Shown one piece after another: positions 9,134 to 19,052 of a stretch of 64,000 bases of DNA. Origin of the DNA: Candidatus Omnitrophota bacterium (lineage in GTDB: Bacteria > Omnitrophota > Gorgyraeia > 2-01-FULL-45-10); NCBI GenBank assembly GCA_018823705.1, contig JAHJHP010000031.1:1982-65981 (forward strand), read 5' to 3'. The position numbers and the translations under genes were made by a program. Every line of letters starts with the position of its first letter. The first letter of the stretch is position 1. The notes below the pieces were generated by a model. It was not told the DNA's origin. It did not search any database and saw nothing but the letters and a program-made list of their open reading frames with translations.

Positions 9134-9643
9134 ATGAGCAGGAATAACCTAATCGGTTTAAGCATTATAGTTTTAGCGGCATTTAGTATTTCCGGATGCG
9201 GGACATCCCAGAAGAAAGTCCAGTCGGAGGTTACCGGTATTAAGACCAGGGTCGAGACTCTCGAGTCGAGAGTGGAAGGTGTCGAATCAAAACAGGCGGA
9301 TGTTGAGCGCATGACCGCCGAGCAGGCGCAGGCTCTTGATGATCTGAAATCCGTAAATATGCCCCAGCCCAATACAAATATAAGCATAAAACCCAGAGAG
9401 GGCGCGCGCGCCGGCAGGATGAAAGATATACAGCAGGCTCTTAAGAATGCGGGTTACTATGACGGTATGATCGACGGAGTAAAAGGTAAGGTCACGAAGA
9501 GGGCTATAAAAGATTTTCAGAAGTCCAATGGTCTCAAGGCTGATGGAGTGGTGGGCCGCAAGACATGGAACCTGCTCAGCGGTTATCTTTCAGCCGCGTC
9601 CGCAGTCCCGGCTTATCAGGGTGGGGACGAAGCCGTAAAATAA
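9134..9643 (+). CDS. Lipoprotein with coiled coil and peptidoglycan-binding (PG_binding_1) domain
   Basis: Lipobox ISGC; IQQALKNAGYY.G.IDG..G..TKRAIKDFQKSNGLKADGVVG. Confidence 0.88.
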   Translation: MSRNNLIGLSIIVLAAFSISGCGTSQKKVQSEVTGIKTRVETLESRVEGVESKQADVERMTAEQAQALDDLKSVNMPQPNTNISIKPREGARAGRMKDIQQALKNAGYYDGMIDGVKGKVTKRAIKDFQKSNGLKADGVVGRKTWNLLSGYLSAASAVPAYQGGDEAVK

Positions 9644-9700
9644 CGGATCGCTCTGGCTTATAACCAAGGGACAGAAGAGTTAAGGTGAAATTTTCCGTAC

Positions 9701-9740
9701 AAAGGGGCGCATCCTGGGCAATATAAGGGTTCGCCCCTTT
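9701..9740 (+). terminator. Hairpin (terminator- or attenuator-like) upstream of lrp
   Basis: aaaggggcg...cgccccttt inverted repeat; T-tail is short. Confidence 0.45.
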
Positions 9741-9761
9741 CAAATTTTCAAGGAGGATGAG

Positions 9762-10247
9762 ATGAACGAGATAATAGAGATATTGGAGCGTGACGCGCGC
9801 GCGACCCCGGAAGAGATAGCGAAGATGCTCGGAATGACGAGCAAGGCCGTGGCTTTGGCGATAAAGAAGATGGAAAAAGAGGGTATCATACTCAAGTATA
9901 AGGCGATAATAAATAGAGAGATGTCAAAAGAAGAGCGTAATGATGTCCGCGCCCTGATAGAGGTAAAGCTTACTCCGCAGAAGAACGTAGGTTTCGATCA
10001 TCTGGCGGAACGCATATATCAGTTTCCGGAAGTAACGAGCTGCTATCTGATGTCCGGCACTTATGATCTTCTGGTAGTGGTCGAAGGCGGCAATATCCAC
10101 ACGGTCTCCAGCTTTGTCAGCGAAAAACTTTCCCCCATGGAAGGGGTGAGGGGGACGGTCACCCATTTTATATTGAAGAAATATAAGGAAGACGGAGATA
10201 TATTGAAACAGCCGGAGCGCTCCAAGCGGCCGGCAATAAGCCTATAA
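9762..10247 (+). CDS. Lrp/AsnC family transcriptional regulator
   Basis: N-terminal HTH (LERDAR...EIAKML), C-terminal RAM domain (PEVTSCYLMSGTYDL). Confidence 0.93.
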   Translation: MNEIIEILERDARATPEEIAKMLGMTSKAVALAIKKMEKEGIILKYKAIINREMSKEERNDVRALIEVKLTPQKNVGFDHLAERIYQFPEVTSCYLMSGTYDLLVVVEGGNIHTVSSFVSEKLSPMEGVRGTVTHFILKKYKEDGDILKQPERSKRPAISL

Positions 10248-10251
10248 AAAT

Positions 10252-11412
10252 ATGAAGACAGCGAAAATAGTAGGGCAGATACCGCCTTCGGGCATACGCG
10301 TATTCTTTGATCTCGTTCTCGGGATGAAGGATGTTATATCACTTGGCGTAGGAGAGCCGGATTTTGTCACTCCCTGGAATATAAGGGAGAGGGCTATCTA
10401 CGCTGTCGAAGAGGGTTACACTTCCTACACATCCAATAAAGGCCTCGTGGAGCTCCGCCGTGAGATATCGAAATTTTTAAAGAACAAACACGGCCTCGAT
10501 TACGATCCTGAAGAAGAGATACTCATAACAGTGGGTGTCAGTGAGGCTTTTGATCTCTCCCTGAGAGCTATTATCGACAGAGGCGACAGGATCCTTATAC
10601 CCGAGCCGGCATATGTCTCTTATCGGCCGATAACGATGCTATGCGGCGGGACGCCAGTTTCGATAAATACAAGTCCCGGCAGTAATTTCAAGATCACGCC
10701 TAAGGATATATCGAGACTCTGCGATAAGAAGACGAAGGCGATGATATTGAACTATCCCAACAATCCCACGGGCGCTTCCTATTCCAAAAAAGAGCTCAAA
10801 GCCATATCCGAGGTGATATTGAAACGGGATCTCATAATGATATCGGACGAGATATATGGCGATCTCACCTATGATTTTGAGCATACGCCTTTCGCGACGC
10901 TCCCGAAGATGAAGGAGCGCACCATATACCTTAACGGATTTTCTAAATCATACGCTATGACGGGATGGAGAGTCGGGTACGCTTGCGGCCCCAAAAGCCT
11001 GATCGGGGCCATGACCAAGATACACCAGTATACGATGCTCTGCGCATCCATTATCTCTCAGATGGCAGCTGTGGAAGCTCTCAAGTCCGGGGAGAGATCC
11101 GTTCAGGAGATGAAGCGCGAATACAGGAGAAGGAGAGAATTCGTCATATCCCGCCTGAATGAGATAGGATTATCGTGCCATCGGCCAGAGGGCGCGTTTT
11201 ACGCTTTCCCGTCAATAAAAGAGACAAGGTTATCGTCCCTGGAGTTTTCGAGGAGGCTTCTGGAAAAAGAGAAAGTGGCGGTAGTGCCGGGCACGGCATT
11301 CGGCTCGCTTGGAGAAGGATATCTCAGGCTGTCCTACGCTTCGAATATGGATAAGCTTAAAGAAGCTCTTCTCGGTATCGAGCGTTTCGTGAAGTCCCTT
11401 AGCCAGATATAG
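10252..11412 (+). CDS. PLP-dependent aminotransferase class I/II
   Basis: SLGVGEPDF, NYPNNPTG, SDEIY, GFSKSYAMTGWRVG. Confidence 0.95.
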   Translation: MKTAKIVGQIPPSGIRVFFDLVLGMKDVISLGVGEPDFVTPWNIRERAIYAVEEGYTSYTSNKGLVELRREISKFLKNKHGLDYDPEEEILITVGVSEAFDLSLRAIIDRGDRILIPEPAYVSYRPITMLCGGTPVSINTSPGSNFKITPKDISRLCDKKTKAMILNYPNNPTGASYSKKELKAISEVILKRDLIMISDEIYGDLTYDFEHTPFATLPKMKERTIYLNGFSKSYAMTGWRVGYACGPKSLIGAMTKIHQYTMLCASIISQMAAVEALKSGERSVQEMKREYRRRREFVISRLNEIGLSCHRPEGAFYAFPSIKETRLSSLEFSRRLLEKEKVAVVPGTAFGSLGEGYLRLSYASNMDKLKEALLGIERFVKSLSQI

Positions 11413-11413
11413 C

Positions 11414-11441
11414 TTGACAAAGAATTGAGTGGCGGTATAAT
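11414..11441 (+). promoter_or_regulatory. Consensus sigma70 promoter
   Basis: TTGACA-N16-TATAAT. Confidence 0.8.
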
Positions 11442-11465
11442 CACATTTAAAGAAAGGAGCGAGGA

Positions 11466-11939
11466 ATGAATAAGAGGTTTTTGACAGTTTTATTGATCGC
11501 AATAATAACATTAACAGTCGCTTTGCCGGGGTGTAAAGGTAAGATTGAGAAGCAGTTAGAAGAACCCGGATTAGAGGAGGCCGACACTATGACACCTCTG
11601 CCAATGGAAAGCATGATGAGCGCGCAGCAGGCGGCGCAGAACGTAATAGTGGAGCCGGCTCAAAGCCTTGCGTCCGAACCGATCCCTGCGACAGCAGCTC
11701 TTCCGGAAATTGCGGAGAGAGCGGCATCCTCTGTCACAAAGGCATCGCAGGACAGGAATAAAGATATTCAGAGAGCTCTTAAGTCAGCGGGATTCTATAC
11801 CGGCGCGATAGACGGTAAGATCGGCCCGAGGTCCAAGAAGGCTGTAATAGATTTTCAGAAAGCCAACGGTCTTAAGGTGGATGGAAAAGTAGGCCCGAAG
11901 ACATTGGCCGCGCTTGATAAGTACCTGTTGCGGGAGTAA
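11466..11939 (+). CDS. Lipoprotein with C-terminal peptidoglycan-binding domain
   Basis: Lipobox LPGC; IQRALKSAGFY.G.IDGKIGP...FQKANGLKVDGKVG; paralogous to 9134-9643. Confidence 0.88.
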   Translation: MNKRFLTVLLIAIITLTVALPGCKGKIEKQLEEPGLEEADTMTPLPMESMMSAQQAAQNVIVEPAQSLASEPIPATAALPEIAERAASSVTKASQDRNKDIQRALKSAGFYTGAIDGKIGPRSKKAVIDFQKANGLKVDGKVGPKTLAALDKYLLRE

Positions 11940-11984
11940 CTCCCGAAAAGTCCGTCATGGTGACAATTTTATGGAGGTATTAAT

Positions 11985-12317
11985 TTGATGAAAGCTATTA
12001 AGGCGGCGGGTTTATGCGGCGCGGTTCTTGCTCTGGCGGTTTTACTGGCCGGTTGCGGAGTTTCAAAAAATAAGTACGAAGCTGTGCTGAACGAGAAGGT
12101 AGCCCTGGAAGAGAAAGTAGCTGTTATGACCGTGGCCAAAGACGCGCTGAAGAATGAGTATGACATACTGTTGAGCGAGAAGATGGATCAGGCGACCAAG
12201 CTTGAGATGGCTATCAATGAGAAAGCCGCGCTGAAATCCGAATACGATAAGCTGCTTGACGAAAAGATATCCCTGAGGGCGGCCTACGATAAGCTGTTAG
12301 CTGAGTCCGTGTCCTAA
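11985..12317 (+). CDS. Coiled-coil lipoprotein
   Basis: Lipobox LAGC; repeated LK.EYD.LL.EK motif; GGAGG RBS. Confidence 0.8.
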   Translation: MMKAIKAAGLCGAVLALAVLLAGCGVSKNKYEAVLNEKVALEEKVAVMTVAKDALKNEYDILLSEKMDQATKLEMAINEKAALKSEYDKLLDEKISLRAAYDKLLAESVS

Positions 12318-12360
12318 TAACAGGACAGTTAACTAAAGAGTGAGGTAGCTGTAAGATCAC

Positions 12361-12402
12361 CGGGAGGCACGTCTTCAGAAGATAGCGTGCCTCCTGTTTT
12401 TT
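12361..12402 (+). terminator. Intrinsic terminator
   Basis: gggaggcacg-N14-cgtgcctcct followed by gtttttt. Confidence 0.8.
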
Positions 12403-12437
12403 CCCGTCTAAACCTAACAATAAGCAACACATGACGG

Positions 12438-12477
12438 GATCCCGCCGTAAGTCGGATAGCAAGTTACAGGCGGGATC
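12438..12477. repeat. ATCCCGCC...GGCGGGAT hairpin element (family D)
   Basis: gatcccgcc-N22-ggcgggatc; same arms at 36253-36292. Confidence 0.6.
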
Positions 12478-12497
12478 TCTCATCCAGGGGATGATAG

Positions 12498-13256
12498 ATG
12501 CTGAACGGTAAGAAGATAGTGGTCGTTATGCCCGCTTATAACGCCGAGAAGACGCTCAAGCGGACTTTCGATGAGATCCCGAAAGACATAGTAGACGATA
12601 TACTTCTCGTGGACGATAAGTCTTGCGATGGCACCGTAGATCTTGCCCGTTCACTGGGGATAAAAGTCTTCGTGCACGATAAGAACCTCGGCTACGGAGG
12701 TAATCAGAAGACCTGTTATAGCCAGGCGCTTAAGACCGGGGCCGATGTGGTCGTTATGCTGCATCCGGATTATCAATACCCCCCTAAACTCATAACGGCT
12801 ATGTCCGCGCTCATAACAAGCGGTATATTCGATGTTGTCCTCGGCTCAAGGATACTGGGCAATAAGGCTATAAAAGGCGGAATGCCGATATATAAATACA
12901 TTGCCAACAGGGCCCTGACGCTGCTGGAAAATAATATGATCGGACAAAAACTCTCCGAGTACCATACAGGCTACAGGGCTTTCTCCCGCAAGGTGCTTCT
13001 CAGCCTGCCCTTACTCGAGAATTCGGACGATTTTGTCTTTGATAACCAGATGCTGCTGCAGGCGTTCTATTTCGGGTATCAGGTGGGAGAGATAACGTGT
13101 CCCGCGAGCTATACCAGGGAGTCCTCATCCATCAATTTTTCAAGAAGCGTGATTTACGGGTTCGGTGTGCTGGAAGCGGCGTGGAAATATATGCTGAAGA
13201 AGCGCGGATTTGGCAAGTCGCGTATATTCGACAGTCTTGGCGATAAACTCTCTTAA
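12498..13256 (+). CDS. Glycosyltransferase family 2 (polyprenol-phosphate mannosyltransferase-like)
   Basis: [32 protein letters not shown]. Confidence 0.92.
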   Translation: MLNGKKIVVVMPAYNAEKTLKRTFDEIPKDIVDDILLVDDKSCDGTVDLARSLGIKVFVHDKNLGYGGNQKTCYSQALKTGADVVVMLHPDYQYPPKLITAMSALITSGIFDVVLGSRILGNKAIKGGMPIYKYIANRALTLLENNMIGQKLSEYHTGYRAFSRKVLLSLPLLENSDDFVFDNQMLLQAFYFGYQVGEITCPASYTRESSSINFSRSVIYGFGVLEAAWKYMLKKRGFGKSRIFDSLGDKLS

Positions 13257-13342
13257 GAATATTCCTATCGCTTGACTTTTAGCCGTATATTTGATATAAG
13301 AACTAACAAAGGTCATTATAAACAAAAAAGGAGGTTAGCGCT

Positions 13343-13804
13343 ATGAAGTTGTCATATTTAAAGGTTTTACTTGTATCCTGCATGCTCGTTTCGCTCATCG
13401 CAGTCCCTGCGATTTCCCAGGATACCGGAAATGCACCCACGGCGCCGCAGGAAGGGTCATCATCCATATTGACTCCCGTAATTATTCCTCAGGCTAAAGA
13501 GATAGCTATATACGGAGAAATCCAGACTGTTGATGTCCAGGCAAATGCTTTGGCCGTCCAGTATTACGATTACGACAGCGACAGTGAAAAGACCGCGGAT
13601 ATCGTGATTAACGCCGACACGAAGCTGGAGAACGCCATAGCTCTAAGTGACATTAAGAAGGGCGATTGGGTCGATGTAATTTATACTTCGACGGATGGGA
13701 AGAGTACCGCCAAGGTCGTTACGCTCGAGAAAGAAGAAGTACCTGCGCCCGATGAAGCATCGGCTCAAGGCGCTCGTCCCGTAAGCGTGCCCGCGGAACA
13801 GTAA
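13343..13804 (+). CDS. Exported hypothetical protein
   Basis: Signal peptide, GGAGG RBS, small beta-rich core (LSDIKKGDWVDVIY). Confidence 0.7.
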   Translation: MKLSYLKVLLVSCMLVSLIAVPAISQDTGNAPTAPQEGSSSILTPVIIPQAKEIAIYGEIQTVDVQANALAVQYYDYDSDSEKTADIVINADTKLENAIALSDIKKGDWVDVIYTSTDGKSTAKVVTLEKEEVPAPDEASAQGARPVSVPAEQ

Positions 13805-14751
13805 TGGCTAAAAGACGCGAGAAGAAGAGCAAGGTCTTAAAGACGAAAAAAGATCGGGCTGTCGTTGCGGTTAGATCAGAGCAGGAGGTTGCTCCTATGC
13901 CGAAGCAGGCTGAGGAAACGGTAAAGCCTTTTGATATCAAAGAGCAAAATGTCATGGATAAAAAAGAGTTTCGTTTCCCGCATGGCTATGGTGATAACAG
14001 GATAATTATCCTCATCAGGGATCCGTGGTGGATATTCTCTTATTGGGAGGTCCGCAGGGATAAAGAAGAAGAGATATTACGCAAGATTGAGTCTGCCGGT
14101 GATCAGAAACAAAAGTCGGTCCTTAGAGTTTACGACGTTACCGATGTTCACTTTAACGGCAGAAACGCCCACACATATTTTGATATCGACCTTGCCGGGT
14201 TGGCCAACAGCTGGTATATAAATGTGGGCAAGCCGGACCGGGCATGGATCGTAGATATAGGCATCGTTACGAAGAAAGGCGATTTTTATCTGCTCGCCCG
14301 CTCCAATGTCGTAAAGACGCCGAGATTCGGCATGTCGGACCAGCTGGACGCCGAATGGATGATGCCGGAAGAAGAATACTGGAAGATGTTCTCGCTCTCC
14401 GGAGGTTTTGGCCTGGGAAAAGGGTCGGTCGAAGTCAGGGAGATGGTGAAGAGGCAACTGGAAGAACAGATCTCCTCGGGAGCTCTCTCCAGCGGCGCTT
14501 CGGTATTCAAGGCCCGCGCCGAGCGAAAATTCTGGCTGGTAGTTAACTGCGAGCTTATTGTGTACGGGGCCACAGAACCCGACGCGAAGGTTTCGATGCA
14601 GGGAAAACCGATGCAGCTTCGTCCGGATGGCACATTCTCCATGAGATTTGCGCTTCCAGACGGCATGCAGGCCATCCCTGTAGAGGCGACCTCAAACGAT
14701 GGGATCGATACCCGCCGCATAACCCCGATAGTTACACGAAAGACAGAATAA
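13804..14751 (+). CDS. DUF4912-domain protein
   Basis: YGDNRIIILIRDPWWIFSYWE, LRVYDVT, ARSN.V.TP, FWLVVNCELIVYGATEP, DGTFSMRF. Confidence 0.85.
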   Translation: MAKRREKKSKVLKTKKDRAVVAVRSEQEVAPMPKQAEETVKPFDIKEQNVMDKKEFRFPHGYGDNRIIILIRDPWWIFSYWEVRRDKEEEILRKIESAGDQKQKSVLRVYDVTDVHFNGRNAHTYFDIDLAGLANSWYINVGKPDRAWIVDIGIVTKKGDFYLLARSNVVKTPRFGMSDQLDAEWMMPEEEYWKMFSLSGGFGLGKGSVEVREMVKRQLEEQISSGALSSGASVFKARAERKFWLVVNCELIVYGATEPDAKVSMQGKPMQLRPDGTFSMRFALPDGMQAIPVEATSNDGIDTRRITPIVTRKTE

Positions 14752-14757
14752 CATCTT

Positions 14758-16347
14758 ATGGCAAAAGGTTATCTCGCGATAGTACTGCATGCGCACCTTC
14801 CTTTCGTACGTCACCCCGAGTTTACTGATTTTCTGGAAGAGGACTGGCTATTTGAAGCCATCACCGAGACTTACATCCCTCTCATAAAGATGCTGCAGGG
14901 CCTCGAAAGAGACAAGATAGAATATAAGCTCACGATATCGCTATCCCCGACGCTAATGACCATGCTTATGGACGGCCATTTGCAGAGTAAATATATAAGA
15001 CACCTGGAAAAATTGATCGAGCTTTCCGAAAAAGAGATAGACAGGACAAAATGGGAGCATCAGTTCAACGCCCTTGCTCACATGTATCACACGATGTTTG
15101 TTGACGCTCGCCGTATATTCGTGGAAGAGTACGGGCGTAACCTTGTAAATGCTTTCAAACATTTCCAGGAGACGGGTAATCTCGAAGTTATAACCTGCTG
15201 CGCTACACACGGTTACCTGCCGTTAATGGAGACGGAGAGGACTGCTTCGGTAAGAGGCCAGGTGAAGACGGCTACCGATATGTATCAGAAGGTATTCGGC
15301 AGGAAGACTCCGGGAATATGGCTTCCCGAATGCGGATATGTACCGGGCGATGAAGCGGCATTGAAGCGGGAAGGTGTGAAGTACTTCCTTGTCGACAGTC
15401 ACGGCATATTATTCGGCACTCCCAGGCCGAGGTTTGGCGTCTTCAGCGGCTACCTTACAAAGAGCGGCGTCGCGGTATACGGTAGAGACATAGAGTCGTC
15501 GAAGTCTGTATGGAGCGCGGTGGAGGGTTATCCGGGCGATTATAATTACAGGGAATTCTACAGGGATATCGGTTTCGACCTCGATTACAATTACATAAGG
15601 CCGTACATAAACGCCGACGGAGTAAGGATAAATACCGGCGTTAAATATTACAAGATCACGGGAATTACAAATCATAAAGAGCCTTATAACCCCGATCAGG
15701 CGCGCGATACGGCCGCTTCACATGCCGCCAACTTCATGTTCAATCGCGAGAAGCAGGTTGAACACCTGATAGGATCGATGGGTGGTAGAAAGCCGATAAT
15801 CATCGCGCCCTACGACGCGGAGTTATATGGCCACTGGTGGTATGAAGGCCCGATGTGGCTTGATTTTCTGATCAGGAAGATACGGTATGACCAGGATACG
15901 ATAGCGCTTACTACCCCCGGGGAATATATGAAGATGTATAAGAGCTATCAGGTACTGCAGCCGGCTTTCTCCAGTTGGGGGTATAAGGGTTACAGTGAAT
16001 TCTGGCTCGAAGGTTCCAACGACTGGATATACAGGCATCTTCACAAGATGGTAGAACGCATGGTAGAAGCGGCCAATACCAATAGACACGCCAAAGGCCT
16101 GGTATTAAGAGCGCTGAATCAGATGGCCAGGGAACTGCTCTTGGCCCAATCCAGCGATTGGGCATTCATCATAAAGACGGGTTCGCACTCTTCGTATGCG
16201 ATCAAGCGCTTCAGGGGCCATGCTGAGAACTTTACCAGCCTCTATGACGATATCAAATCGGGCTCACCGGATGAGGAATATTTAAAACGCCTCGAAGGTA
16301 AGAATAATATATTCCCGGACGTGGACTACACTGTCTATTGTACTTAA
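14758..16347 (+). CDS. GH57 1,4-alpha-glucan branching enzyme (DUF1957 domain)
   Basis: LHAHLPFV, ITETYIPL, WLPEC nucleophile, PYDAELYGHWW, RELLLAQSSDWAF. Confidence 0.92.
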   Translation: MAKGYLAIVLHAHLPFVRHPEFTDFLEEDWLFEAITETYIPLIKMLQGLERDKIEYKLTISLSPTLMTMLMDGHLQSKYIRHLEKLIELSEKEIDRTKWEHQFNALAHMYHTMFVDARRIFVEEYGRNLVNAFKHFQETGNLEVITCCATHGYLPLMETERTASVRGQVKTATDMYQKVFGRKTPGIWLPECGYVPGDEAALKREGVKYFLVDSHGILFGTPRPRFGVFSGYLTKSGVAVYGRDIESSKSVWSAVEGYPGDYNYREFYRDIGFDLDYNYIRPYINADGVRINTGVKYYKITGITNHKEPYNPDQARDTAASHAANFMFNREKQVEHLIGSMGGRKPIIIAPYDAELYGHWWYEGPMWLDFLIRKIRYDQDTIALTTPGEYMKMYKSYQVLQPAFSSWGYKGYSEFWLEGSNDWIYRHLHKMVERMVEAANTNRHAKGLVLRALNQMARELLLAQSSDWAFIIKTGSHSSYAIKRFRGHAENFTSLYDDIKSGSPDEEYLKRLEGKNNIFPDVDYTVYCT

Positions 16348-16365
16348 ACATATCAAGGCCATAAG

Positions 16366-18027
16366 ATGAATGTAAACAAGAGGCTGGGTGTCGCGTTCTT
16401 GTGGCACATGCATCAACCGTTTTACAAAGATCCGCTATCCGATAAATACCTCATGCCCTGGGTAAGGCTCCACGGGATCAAAGATTATTTTCCGATGGCC
16501 CGCCTTGTAGAAAATTTCGACAATATCAGGGTTACTTTCAATCTGGTTCCATCGCTCGTGGAGCAGATCAACGACTATGTTCAAAATGACGTCTCAGACG
16601 CATATCTTGATCTCACCGTAAAGAAAGCCAGTCTCCTTACGCTCGAGGATAAGGTGGAAATCCTGAACCATTTCTTCAAGGTAAATTTCAAACAGTTCAT
16701 CGAGCCTAACCCCAGATTTTCCGAACTCCTGATCAAAAAAGGGGTCAAACCCCTTACGGGGACTGCCCTCAAAAGAATGGTCAAGACATTCTCGAAGCGG
16801 GACTTCCTGGATCTGCAGGTGCTATTCAACCTCGCGTGGTTCCATTCCATATCTATCGATGATGATACGCAGCTCAATGACCTGATAAGGAAGGGCAAGA
16901 ATTACAACGAAGGCGATAAAGAGTATGTGGTCATTAAGCAGAAAGAGATAATGAGCCAGATCCTGCCGCTCTACAGGAGATTGCAGGACGAGGGGCGCAT
17001 AGAGATCACGACTACGCCTTTTTACCATCCGATTTTACCGCTTATATGCGACACTTCAGTAGCGAAGATTTCGCTCCCTCACTCACCGCTGCCGAAAAAA
17101 TATTCGCATCCGGAAGATGCCGAATGGCAGGTGGAGGCAGCGATAAAATACCATACTGAGCAGTTCGGCGCGCCTCCGCGGGGCATGTGGCCGTCCGAAG
17201 GCAGTGTATCGGATCAGATGCTCGATATATTGACAAAGAAAGGCATAGACTGGGTAGCGACTGACGAGGACATACTCTTTAACAGCCTGTCATTATATGA
17301 TAAGAACTATAAGGGCCAGACAGAATTCGACCGTCGTATAATATACCGTCCTTATACTTATAAGGTCGATTCGCGCCGTATCACGATGATCTTCAGGGAC
17401 AAGAACCTTTCCGATATTATCAGCTTCAACTATCACTCCTGGGACCAGGACGAAGCGGCCCGGGACCTGATAAATCACTGCAATAACGTGGGCGAGCGTA
17501 TGCGCCGCGATAACGACAGGGGCCTATTGACGATAGTCATGGACGGTGAAAATGCGTGGGAATACTTTGACGATAACGGCAGATTATTTTTCGATACGCT
17601 CTATGCCGGCCTCGATAAACAGGAACTTATAGGATCCACTACGGTGAGCGATTTTCTGGAGCTCGAAAGCTCCAAGAGATCGATAACTAAGGTATTCCCG
17701 GGATCGTGGATAAACCATAATTTCGATATTTGGATAGGCCAGGAACAGGATAATATGTCGTGGGACTATCTTAACAGAGTCAGGAAAGACCTCGTAAAAT
17801 TCACAAAAGAGGCTGAAGATGACCCCGGTGTGGACGGAGTCAGTATAGCGAGTGCCTGGCGGGAGTTGTATATAGCGGAAGGGAGCGACTGGAACTGGTG
17901 GTATACCGGCAAGGCTCATGCCGGCAAAGAAAACCCGTTCGACAAGCTGTACAGGACCCATTTAAAGAATATATACAGGCTTCTGAAGAAGCCGATTCCG
18001 GACTTTTTGAAGATTTCTATTGCATAA
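16366..18027 (+). CDS. GH57 glycoside hydrolase (amylopullulanase/amylase-like)
   Basis: WHMHQP, PWVRLH, PFYHPILP, WPSEG, DGENAWE, AEGSDWNWW. Confidence 0.92.
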   Translation: MNVNKRLGVAFLWHMHQPFYKDPLSDKYLMPWVRLHGIKDYFPMARLVENFDNIRVTFNLVPSLVEQINDYVQNDVSDAYLDLTVKKASLLTLEDKVEILNHFFKVNFKQFIEPNPRFSELLIKKGVKPLTGTALKRMVKTFSKRDFLDLQVLFNLAWFHSISIDDDTQLNDLIRKGKNYNEGDKEYVVIKQKEIMSQILPLYRRLQDEGRIEITTTPFYHPILPLICDTSVAKISLPHSPLPKKYSHPEDAEWQVEAAIKYHTEQFGAPPRGMWPSEGSVSDQMLDILTKKGIDWVATDEDILFNSLSLYDKNYKGQTEFDRRIIYRPYTYKVDSRRITMIFRDKNLSDIISFNYHSWDQDEAARDLINHCNNVGERMRRDNDRGLLTIVMDGENAWEYFDDNGRLFFDTLYAGLDKQELIGSTTVSDFLELESSKRSITKVFPGSWINHNFDIWIGQEQDNMSWDYLNRVRKDLVKFTKEAEDDPGVDGVSIASAWRELYIAEGSDWNWWYTGKAHAGKENPFDKLYRTHLKNIYRLLKKPIPDFLKISIA

Positions 18028-18048
18028 GAAGCCCCGGATATGTATAAT
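18020..18048 (+). promoter_or_regulatory. Sigma70-type promoter for DUF2934 gene
   Basis: TTGCAT-N17-TATAAT, then AGGAGG RBS. Confidence 0.6.
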
Positions 18049-18081
18049 TAGGGCAAATTCTATGAAAGGAGGTAGTTAGTC

Positions 18082-18264
18082 ATGGCAAAAACGACTTTTA
18101 AAATAGGGAAGTCTTCCAATCCGCCGATGTCTAAGGAAGATATAAATTCGTTAATAGCGAAGAAATCCTATGAGCTTTACGAAAAGAGAGGCCGCAAGAG
18201 CGGTTATGCGCTGCAGGACTGGATTGAAGCTGAGAAGATCGTAAAGGGTAAGATCTCCAGATAA
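18082..18264 (+). CDS. DUF2934-domain small protein
   Basis: IAKKSYELYEKRG...QDWIEAE; strong RBS. Confidence 0.85.
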   Translation: MAKTTFKIGKSSNPPMSKEDINSLIAKKSYELYEKRGRKSGYALQDWIEAEKIVKGKISR

Positions 18265-18298
18265 TCTGACTTTTCCCGTAACAGTTTATAAAATTTAG

Positions 18299-18335
18299 TA
18301 AGGCCGGACTTTAAATGCCCGGCCTTATTGTTTTA
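18299..18335 (+). terminator. Intrinsic terminator
   Basis: taaggccgg-N11-ccggcctta followed by ttgtttt. Confidence 0.65.
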
Positions 18336-18439
18336 TCCTTCGGCTCCACTGCTGGCAAATCTCTTGTTTTTGGCGGTGTATATGATATAATTTGATATAA
18401 TTATAGTAAAAGGGGGGCGCTATTACGCAGTTATTTCTC

Positions 18440-19021
18440 TTGTCGTTTATACCTATATTTGTTGCGATGGATGTCCTTGGCATACTTCCGCTATATATCG
18501 GATTTACCGAGCATCTCAAGAAGAGAAATAAGCGGGATATCATCAGTCAATCGATCATAACGGCTTTCGTGATAGGCATAACATTCCTTTTTTTGGGCAA
18601 GTGGATATTCGAGCTACTCGGTGTCATGGTATTTGATTTTAAGATAGCCGGAGGGCTTGTCCTTTTAACCATAGCTCTCCGCGATCTTCTTCAGCACAGA
18701 AAGCCTCACAGATTATCGACAGATACTATGGGAGCCGTACCTATAGGCACGCCGCTTGTAACAGGCCCTGCGGTGCTGACTACGATGGTGATCCTCCTGG
18801 ATTCATACGGCATGTTCTTTACGGTCTTATCTTTTATCGTCAACCTGATGATAGTATGGGTCGTGTTTACCTTCGCGGATTCGATATTGAAGGTCCTGGG
18901 TAAGGCGGGCTCTAAAGCGCTGTCAAAGATAGCGCATCTTTTACTTGCCGCGATCGCGGTTATGATGATGCGCAAAGGGCTGTTTGACGCAATAACGTAC
19001 TTTACTTCTAAAGGTTTCTGA
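18440..19021 (+). CDS. MarC family membrane protein (start uncertain; possibly ATT at 18422)
   Basis: FIPIFVAMD, FKIAGG, VPIGTPLVTGPA. Confidence 0.9.
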   Translation: MSFIPIFVAMDVLGILPLYIGFTEHLKKRNKRDIISQSIITAFVIGITFLFLGKWIFELLGVMVFDFKIAGGLVLLTIALRDLLQHRKPHRLSTDTMGAVPIGTPLVTGPAVLTTMVILLDSYGMFFTVLSFIVNLMIVWVVFTFADSILKVLGKAGSKALSKIAHLLLAAIAVMMMRKGLFDAITYFTSKGF

Positions 19022-19052
19022 CGGGCCATAGAAGGGCTGTGAAAAGGATTAT

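Noticed and set aside
9644-9761. SAM or T-box riboswitch before lrp-aminotransferase
   Set aside because: Only one hairpin; conserved SAM-I or T-box motifs are not recognisable.
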